This document shows positions 57,798 through 64,000 of a stretch of DNA of 64,000 bases, in pieces. This stretch comes from an uncultured delta proteobacterium (GTDB lineage: Bacteria > Desulfobacterota > Desulfomonilia > UBA1062), in assembly GCA_963798485.1 (NCBI GenBank), contig CAWCTR010000021.1:32001-96000 (forward strand). The letters are read 5' to 3'. Each line of letters starts with the position of its first letter. Position 1 is the first letter of the stretch. The translations under genes and the position numbers were made by a program. Under the pieces are notes generated by a model. The model was not told where the DNA came from. It saw only the letters and a program-made list of their open reading frames with translations, and did not search any database.

Positions 57798-59362
57798 TTT
57801 TCTGTCGTTCCCTCGTTGGTGTAATCCAAATGTATCATGAGGTCGGTGCGTCCGCGCAGCTCGCTCACGCTCTTGAGGCCGAGGCGCTTAAGAATTTTGA
57901 TCAGCGTTTTCTGCCAGGCGCTGTAAAGGTTGATGAGACGCTGGGCGCCCCATTCAGTAGTCATTTTGGCGGCAAGCACGGGGTCGGTCGTGGCGATGCC
58001 ACGCGGGCAGCCCCGCCCGCTCTCGCAGCGGCTGCAACGAACACAGCCCAGCGCCACCATTTCCGCGGTCCCGATGACCACCCCGTCCGCGCCCAAGGCG
58101 ATGGCCTTGGCGATGTCGTGGGCCGTGCGGATCCCGCCGCTGGCGATCAGCGTCACCTTGTCGCGGACGCCCTCGTCTGTAAGGAAATTGTGCACCTTGC
58201 CGATGGCGTATTCGATGGGCATGGCGATGTTCTTCTTGGCGATGTCCGGCGCCGCGCCGGTCCCGCCATAACCGCCGTCGATGTGGACGATGTGCGTGCC
58301 GGCGGAATAGCTCCCCACAGCCACCATGTCCACGTCCGTCGGGGTTGAAACCTTCGTCGAGATCAAGGCGCGCCGGTTCACGTGCTTGATCCATTCAATG
58401 TGCTTGGCGTGGTCTTCGATGGAATAGACGCTGTGGAACGGGAACGGGGAGAACAGGGAGATGCCGAGCACCGCCTCGCGCATGCGGGCCACGACGACGG
58501 TGTTTTTGTCGCCGAGCAGATGGCCGCCCAGGCCGGGCTTGGCGCCCTGGGCATACTTGAATTCCACGATGGGTACCCGCTGGATGGTTTCCTCGCGCAC
58601 GCCGAACAGGCCTGTGGCGACCTGTGTGATGACGTGGTCGTCATACGGTCGCATGCGTTCCATGTAGCCGCCCTCTCCTGTGCAGGTAAACGTGTTGAAC
58701 GCCACGCACGCCCGGGCCTTTGAAAGCTGGGTTACGTTGCTCACCGAGCCGAACGACATTCCGCCGCCGTACCAGGGAACGTCAATTTTGATTTCGGGTC
58801 GGCCGTCGCCGCGCTTGTTCAGCGAGATGCTCGTGTCGATCTCGCTCTCGTCGAGCAGGGCGGGCGGTTTGTCCGGGAATTTGAACCGGAGCCGGTCAAA
58901 GCCGCCGCCGGAATTGCCGCATTCGTAGTTGTAATCGTAGGCCTCATCCGGCACATCTCCGGTCTCGGCCATCTTCCATGTGGCCAAGATCAGATCCGCG
59001 GTCCAGCGATAATCGCCGAGCGCGGTGAACATGGGATTTTCCCGGATCGACAAGGCCCCTTGAGGGCAATGGGCCACGCAATACTTATCCGTCTTTTCGC
59101 AGGAAGGCCCGATGCACAGGTGATGCTCGGGCTCGCCGAAATATTTAAACCCGGGTTTGTGGACGTGGACGCCGTAGGAGCAGACCTCCACGCACTTGCC
59201 GCAACGTTTGCAATCCAAACTGCGGTGGACGATGTACTTGGCAATTTCGTTGCGATAGCGGGACGGCGCTGGTTTGACGAGGCGCTGCACCTGCTCCTGC
59301 GGCACGCGCGTCTTCAGCGTGTTCTCAGGCAGAATGTCCTCAAGACGGCTTTCTTTTTCCAT
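57794..59362 (-). CDS. Glutamate synthase FMN-binding subunit with N-terminal ferredoxin (GltB2)
   Basis: CKRCGKCVEVC, GGMSFGS, TGEGG, EFKYAQGAKPGLGGHL, GGTGAAP, ASGGIR, CVRCSRC..CPRGIAT; start ATG 59362. Confidence 0.92.
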   Translation of the reverse strand: MEKESRLEDILPENTLKTRVPQEQVQRLVKPAPSRYRNEIAKYIVHRSLDCKRCGKCVEVCSYGVHVHKPGFKYFGEPEHHLCIGPSCEKTDKYCVAHCPQGALSIRENPMFTALGDYRWTADLILATWKMAETGDVPDEAYDYNYECGNSGGGFDRLRFKFPDKPPALLDESEIDTSISLNKRGDGRPEIKIDVPWYGGGMSFGSVSNVTQLSKARACVAFNTFTCTGEGGYMERMRPYDDHVITQVATGLFGVREETIQRVPIVEFKYAQGAKPGLGGHLLGDKNTVVVARMREAVLGISLFSPFPFHSVYSIEDHAKHIEWIKHVNRRALISTKVSTPTDVDMVAVGSYSAGTHIVHIDGGYGGTGAAPDIAKKNIAMPIEYAIGKVHNFLTDEGVRDKVTLIASGGIRTAHDIAKAIALGADGVVIGTAEMVALGCVRCSRCESGRGCPRGIATTDPVLAAKMTTEWGAQRLINLYSAWQKTLIKILKRLGLKSVSELRGRTDLMIHLDYTNEGTTEK

Positions 59363-60734
59363 AGAGCCTGCCAAAGGTCTCCTCCTCGAGGTTCTCGAAA
59401 AACATGGCGCGGCCGACCTCGCCCCGCAGGCGACGGGCCTCGCGCATGCCCATGGCACCCATCAGTTCGATCAACTGGTCGTGCCATGCCGCGATCAGGT
59501 TCGTCATCCGGCCCACACCGTAGTTGAAATCGATTTCCTGAAGCCTGGCCGGACACGGCGACCCGGGCTCGCAACTGTTACACAGATGACATTCAAGCGC
59601 GATCATAAGCGGCAGGTTGATGGTAACCAGGTCGGCACCGCAGATGATGGCCTTGGCCATGTGCTCCGGCAGCGCGATACCGCCTCCGGCCATGAGCGTG
59701 ATTTCATCCCGGATGCCCCTCTCGATGAGCGCGGTATGAATCTGACGGATCATGTCCTTTATAAACCGCGGCTTTTTCGCCAAGAGTTCATTGCCGTCGG
59801 CATCGGAAACGAGGTGGATCACTTCAATCTCTTCCAGAGCGGCCAGATCTATGGCGCGGCCGATTCCCGCATCGGTCAGTTCCATCCGGATGGCTACGAC
59901 AATTTCCGGGTGGATTTTTTTGATTTCCCTGATGCGCTCCGCCACGGCGGGGCTGTCGGCGATTTCCACCAGGCGGGTTTTTTTCAGCAACGCATCCGGC
60001 ACGCTCGGGCTATCCGGGCCAAGATAAAACGCGATGTTCTCCAGGTGGGCGTCACTGGACGGCCGGTATTTTGAGTCCATAAGGGCGATCAGGCCGGTGT
60101 CGGCGGCGGTCTGTTCGATGATCGGGTCAAGCTTCGGCAGCGTGTGCGCTGGCGAACTCAAATCAAGGATCAACGGCATCGGAAGCGAGACCAGCGGCGG
60201 CAAGGCCGTTGATTTGTTTCCATTCACCACCAGAAACGGCGGCTTGCGGCCGATGTCGACCGAAGTGCTGATGTATTCCCGCCCGTGAATGCCGTCGCGG
60301 GTCGGGCGGACAATCTCCGACATGTCCGTCCACATGGAATCGAAGCCCTGGCCGGAAAACGGCCCCCGGTAGCCTGCGCCGGAAACCGGAATTTTTGCGG
60401 TTTCGGCCTGAAGCCATGTCGTTTTGATGATATCGGGTTTCCAATAACTGTTCCCGAGCTTTTCATACTCCGGGTTTACTGAAAGGCGCAAGATGCCTTT
60501 GGTGCAGTCCTGCACGCAGGAAAAACAACCCATGCAGTCAAAAAACAATGCCTCTACATCGCTTAAGTTGCGGATGTATTCCGCCTCCTGTCTGTAGCGG
60601 TCATAGACACAGGCCTTTTTAACGCAGTTATGACACCGGGCGCAGTCTTCCCGCCAGTCCACCACTCCATGTTTGCCTATGCGCGGCCGCAACGGCGGAA
60701 CCGGCTGGGTCTTGATGTGATATTTCTCCGGCAT
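59340..60734 (-). CDS. Degenerate glutamate synthase FMN-domain paralog with ferredoxin domain
   Basis: CARCHNCVKKAC, CMGCFSCVQDC, AGGGI, GAD, CHLCNSC..CP; lacks MSFG, TGEGG and QGAKPG. Confidence 0.78.
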   Translation of the reverse strand: MPEKYHIKTQPVPPLRPRIGKHGVVDWREDCARCHNCVKKACVYDRYRQEAEYIRNLSDVEALFFDCMGCFSCVQDCTKGILRLSVNPEYEKLGNSYWKPDIIKTTWLQAETAKIPVSGAGYRGPFSGQGFDSMWTDMSEIVRPTRDGIHGREYISTSVDIGRKPPFLVVNGNKSTALPPLVSLPMPLILDLSSPAHTLPKLDPIIEQTAADTGLIALMDSKYRPSSDAHLENIAFYLGPDSPSVPDALLKKTRLVEIADSPAVAERIREIKKIHPEIVVAIRMELTDAGIGRAIDLAALEEIEVIHLVSDADGNELLAKKPRFIKDMIRQIHTALIERGIRDEITLMAGGGIALPEHMAKAIICGADLVTINLPLMIALECHLCNSCEPGSPCPARLQEIDFNYGVGRMTNLIAAWHDQLIELMGAMGMREARRLRGEVGRAMFFENLEEETFGRLYGKRKPS

Positions 60735-60749
60735 AATCTCTCCAAGCGC

Positions 60750-61649
60750 CTACAGTCCGGAAGCGGCGACCAATTCGGGCACAATTGCTTCCTTGCCGCC
60801 CGAAAGGATGTGTATTCCGCGCAAACCAGTAAGCGCCTTGAGCTGCTTGATGGTTTCAGCGCAAATAGCCAAGCCTTCCTTCTTACCGGCATCGCCTGCT
60901 TTTTCCAGCCGTTCAATGACTTCGTCCGGAATACGGAATTCGGCATACGTATTGCGGAGTTTTTGGGCTTCCGTTACACTTTCCAAGGGATATACACCGG
61001 CCAAGATGGCGGCCTTTTTGGTGATGCCTTCCTTGCGGGCGGCGTCGAGCCAAAGGCCAAAGGACTGGATGTCAAACACCGCATGAGTCTGAATGAACCT
61101 GGCGCCGGCTTCGACTTTTTTACCCAGCCTGAACAGGTTAAGTTCCAGCGGTTTCATGAATGGATTTACCACCGCACCCACCAGCATCGAAAACTGCCCG
61201 TCTATGCCGGTTCCGTCGGCCAGCACGCCGTTTTCGGTCATCCGGTTGGCCAACTCGATTAACTGAATGGAATCGATATCATATACATTAACTGATTCCG
61301 GACATCCGATCAGTGTCTGATGATAACCGGACATGCAGAGCACATTCTTGATTCCCAGGCTGGCGGCCCCCAGCAGATCGGACTGTAACGCGATGCGATT
61401 CCGGTCGCGGGTGACCATTTGAAGGACCGGTTCAACACCCAATCTCATCGCTGCCGCGGATGCGGCCATCGACGACAGCGCCACGCCGTGTGAATTGTCA
61501 GCCATGCCCACGGCCACCGGTTTGCCGCCAAAATACTTCAAAGCCGCTTCAACGGTTGCGCCTGATGCAGTGGCGCCGGGCGCACACTCAGCGGTGACGA
61601 TAAAATCTCCCGTCTCGATTTTTTTTGCGAGTTTGCTGTCGACTTTCAT
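60750..61649 (-). CDS. metF: MetF-like flavoprotein (methylene-THF reductase family, atypical active site)
   Basis: VTAE, RDRNRIALQSDLLGA, KKVEAGA, GIHI; SGYH and QTH in place of SGDH and QTQ. Confidence 0.85.
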   Translation of the reverse strand: MKVDSKLAKKIETGDFIVTAECAPGATASGATVEAALKYFGGKPVAVGMADNSHGVALSSMAASAAAMRLGVEPVLQMVTRDRNRIALQSDLLGAASLGIKNVLCMSGYHQTLIGCPESVNVYDIDSIQLIELANRMTENGVLADGTGIDGQFSMLVGAVVNPFMKPLELNLFRLGKKVEAGARFIQTHAVFDIQSFGLWLDAARKEGITKKAAILAGVYPLESVTEAQKLRNTYAEFRIPDEVIERLEKAGDAGKKEGLAICAETIKQLKALTGLRGIHILSGGKEAIVPELVAASGL

Positions 61650-61663
61650 GCTACCGTGCTCTC

Positions 61664-62086
61664 CTATTTGTTGGCGGCGCCGCTTCGAGCATACGTCGGG
61701 GGTAGAGTTCTTAGGCGTTCAATGAACTGTTTGATTTCGCCGAGGACTTCTCCGGCGTCGGGTTTCCCGCACTCAAAAACGGCCATCCGGCCCGCGGCCA
61801 CGCCGATTTCATCCAGCAGCGCTTCAACGGCCTCGGCGCGTTTGCGCGCCCGCAGATTGCCCTCGAAGTGGCGACACTCGTTCTTTTTGCAGGTCACAAT
61901 CGCCACACCGTCCGCACCTGTTTCAAAGGATTTAATCAAATAAGGGATATCCACCTTTCCGGAACAGGGCAGACTGATGATCTTGATCGTATCGCCATCG
62001 TGTATAGTGCATAAACCCGAAAACTGGCTTGCTTCAAGATTGTTTGAGCAATAAAAAATATAAGTTTTCAACGCCTGATTGTTCAT
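61664..62086 (-). CDS. Second MvhD/FlpD-like [2Fe-2S] protein
   Basis: FYC, LPCSGKV, GADGV, TCKKNECRH; four Cys at MvhD-like spacing. Confidence 0.85.
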   Translation of the reverse strand: MNNQALKTYIFYCSNNLEASQFSGLCTIHDGDTIKIISLPCSGKVDIPYLIKSFETGADGVAIVTCKKNECRHFEGNLRARKRAEAVEALLDEIGVAAGRMAVFECGKPDAGEVLGEIKQFIERLRTLPPTYARSGAANK

Positions 62087-62352
62087 AAATCTTGTTTCCT
62101 TTGGTGAAAAAAATCAATCAAGCCAGTTGGGCCGTTCACACTCTTCACCGGCGCAAGGCAGGCCATATGCCTTTCAAGGTCCCAGCACCATCGTGGTTGA
62201 TCGTCGCCTGCATAAAACATGAGACATATAAAAGAACATGACAGCGAAGTCCATAACTTTCTTAATAACATGGGTATACCCAACATTTTATTACGATTAT
62301 TACGAATTATTACGGATCTCACCCCCTGCTCGTAGCAGTAAAGAAAGCTGGC

Positions 62353-64000
62353 CTACTTATAGCTGTCTTTATGCACATCCTTGACCGCCCGGCCTGACGG
62401 GTCGATCATATTGGCAAACTGGGCATCCCACTTGATGGCCGTAGGTGTGGAACAGGCTACCGAAGGCCCTTCAGGTACGCAGCGGGCGGCACTGTCCAGT
62501 GGAAAGAATTCCTGGAAGATTGACCGGTAATAATATCCCTCTTTGGTGACGGGTGTATTGATGGGGAAACGGAAACGGGCGTTTTCCATCTGCGTATCGC
62601 TGACCATTTTCTCAGCCACCTCGCGAAGGGTATCGATCCAGTTGTAACCCACGCCGTCGGAAAACTGTTCTTTCTGGCGCCAGGCAACCTCGGATGGCAG
62701 ATAATCCTCGAATGCCTTTCTTAAGATATGTTTCTCCATACGGCCATCCTTGCACATCTTGTCTTCCGGGTTGAGGCGCATGGCAACGTCCATGAATTCT
62801 TTGTCCAGGAAAGGTACCCTGCCTTCCACACCCCAGGCGGCCAGAGACTTGTTGGCGCGCAGACAGTCATATTTGCTGAGCATGGAGAGTTTGCGCACGG
62901 TTTCTTCGTGAAGCTCTTTAGCATCGGGCGCCTTGTGGAAATACAGATAACCGCCGAAGATTTCGTCTGCCCCTTCACCGGAGAGCACCATCTTGACCCC
63001 CATGGACTTGATCTTGCGGGACATCAGATACATGGGAGTGGAAGCCCTGATCGTGGTAACATCGTAGGTTTCTATGTGGTATATCACGTCGCGCACGGCA
63101 TCCAGGCCTTCCTGGATGGTGAAGGTGAAATTATGGTGAATGGAGCCGATATGGTCGGCCACCTTCTGGGCTGCCGCCAGATCCGGTGAACCGTCCAGGC
63201 CGATGGCAAAGGAGTGCAGCTGGGGCCACCAGGCATCCTTCAAGCCGCTGGTCTCAACGCGCTTGGCCGAATACTTCTTTGCAACGGCCGCAGTAATCGA
63301 ACTGTCCAAACCGCCTGAAAGCAGCACACCGTACGGCACGTCGGACATCAGTTGGCGTTCCACCGCCTCTTCCAGCGCCCGTCTGAGATCTTTTATGCTG
63401 CTTTTGTTGTCTTTGACATTGTCATATTCCATCCAGTCCCGCTTGTAATATTCCTTTGGGGAGCCGTCTTTGCTGTAGAGATAATGCCCGGGAGGAAATT
63501 CGCTTACCGTGTTGCACACCCCAATCAGGCCCTTCATTTCAGAAGCCACATAGAAATTGCCGTGCTCGTCGTAACCGGTATACAAGGGACAAATTCCGAT
63601 ATGGTCGCGGCCGATCATGTAGACATCGTTCTGGCTGTCATAGAGAGCAAAGGCAAAGATTCCGTTCAGGTCTTCCAGAAAATCAATGCCCTTCTGGCAA
63701 TAAAGGGCCAGAATGATCTCACAGTCCGATTCGGTCAGAAAATTATAAGGTTCTCTCAAGGTCTTCTTGAGATCCTTATGATTATAGATCTCACCGTTGA
63801 CCGCCAAGGCTACCTTGCCGTCAGGGGTGTAAAGCGGCTGGGCTCCCTTGTTGACATCAACAATTGAAAGCCGCTCATGGGCCAGAATGGCCTTTTCATT
63901 TACATAGATGCCGCTCCAGTCCGGTCCGCGATGCCGCATCGTGCGACTCATCTCCAGGGCCTGGGACCGGAGTTCCTTCACATCTGTCTTGATATCAAAA
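62353..64000 (-). CDS. asnB: Asparagine synthetase B (glutamine-hydrolysing), start beyond window end
   Basis: HRGPDWSG, HERLSIVD, NGEIYNH, LLSGGLDSS, SGEGADEIFGGY, RVPFLD, WRQKEQFSDG; frame open to window edge and N-terminal Cys not seen. Confidence 0.96.
   Translation of the reverse strand, partial: FDIKTDVKELRSQALEMSRTMRHRGPDWSGIYVNEKAILAHERLSIVDVNKGAQPLYTPDGKVALAVNGEIYNHKDLKKTLREPYNFLTESDCEIILALYCQKGIDFLEDLNGIFAFALYDSQNDVYMIGRDHIGICPLYTGYDEHGNFYVASEMKGLIGVCNTVSEFPPGHYLYSKDGSPKEYYKRDWMEYDNVKDNKSSIKDLRRALEEAVERQLMSDVPYGVLLSGGLDSSITAAVAKKYSAKRVETSGLKDAWWPQLHSFAIGLDGSPDLAAAQKVADHIGSIHHNFTFTIQEGLDAVRDVIYHIETYDVTTIRASTPMYLMSRKIKSMGVKMVLSGEGADEIFGGYLYFHKAPDAKELHEETVRKLSMLSKYDCLRANKSLAAWGVEGRVPFLDKEFMDVAMRLNPEDKMCKDGRMEKHILRKAFEDYLPSEVAWRQKEQFSDGVGYNWIDTLREVAEKMVSDTQMENARFRFPINTPVTKEGYYYRSIFQEFFPLDSAARCVPEGPSVACSTPTAIKWDAQFANMIDPSGRAVKDVHKDSYK

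Noticed and set aside
48061-61262. Many long plus-strand ORFs (e.g. 56673-57734, 59274-60074, 52580-53329)
   Set aside because: Antisense shadows of GC-rich minus-strand genes with no motifs
62083-62322. 79-aa ORF between asnB and mvhD'
   Set aside because: No recognisable motif, and it spans tandem repeats and a palindrome that look regulatory

Overview
Bacterial chromosomal window from an anaerobe; gene content suggests Desulfobacterota or a relative. 1-29.5 kb is compact core genome: khpA-rimM-trmD-SPOUT MTase-rplS-rnhB-yraN, CoA-transferase, acyl-CoA ligase, NrdR-boxed class III RNR interleaved with an antisense two-component locus, MoxR/DUF58/transglutaminase, envelope glycosylation genes and lptFG. 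29.5-43.5 kb is accessory: RACo-like activator, three toxin-antitoxin loci, an AraC-linked acyl-CoA dehydrogenase cluster, several REP-like repeat families and three single-base frameshifts. 43.5-64 kb is a nitrogen/redox island and the best novel-system candidate. There, a sigma54-preceded operon encodes an APC amino-acid/amine permease fused to a PII domain, a free PII and a NifA-like activator. It converges on an 11-gene minus-strand run (asnB, then mvhD-metF*-gltB2'-gltB2-gltB1/3-hdrC-hdrB-hdrA(L)-mvhD-metV), in which a split glutamate synthase lacking GltD sits inside an Hdr-MvhD-MetFV module whose MetF has substitutions at two folate-binding positions. No rRNA, tRNA, CRISPR array, integrase or transposase was seen. 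All assignments come from reading motifs by eye, without database searches.
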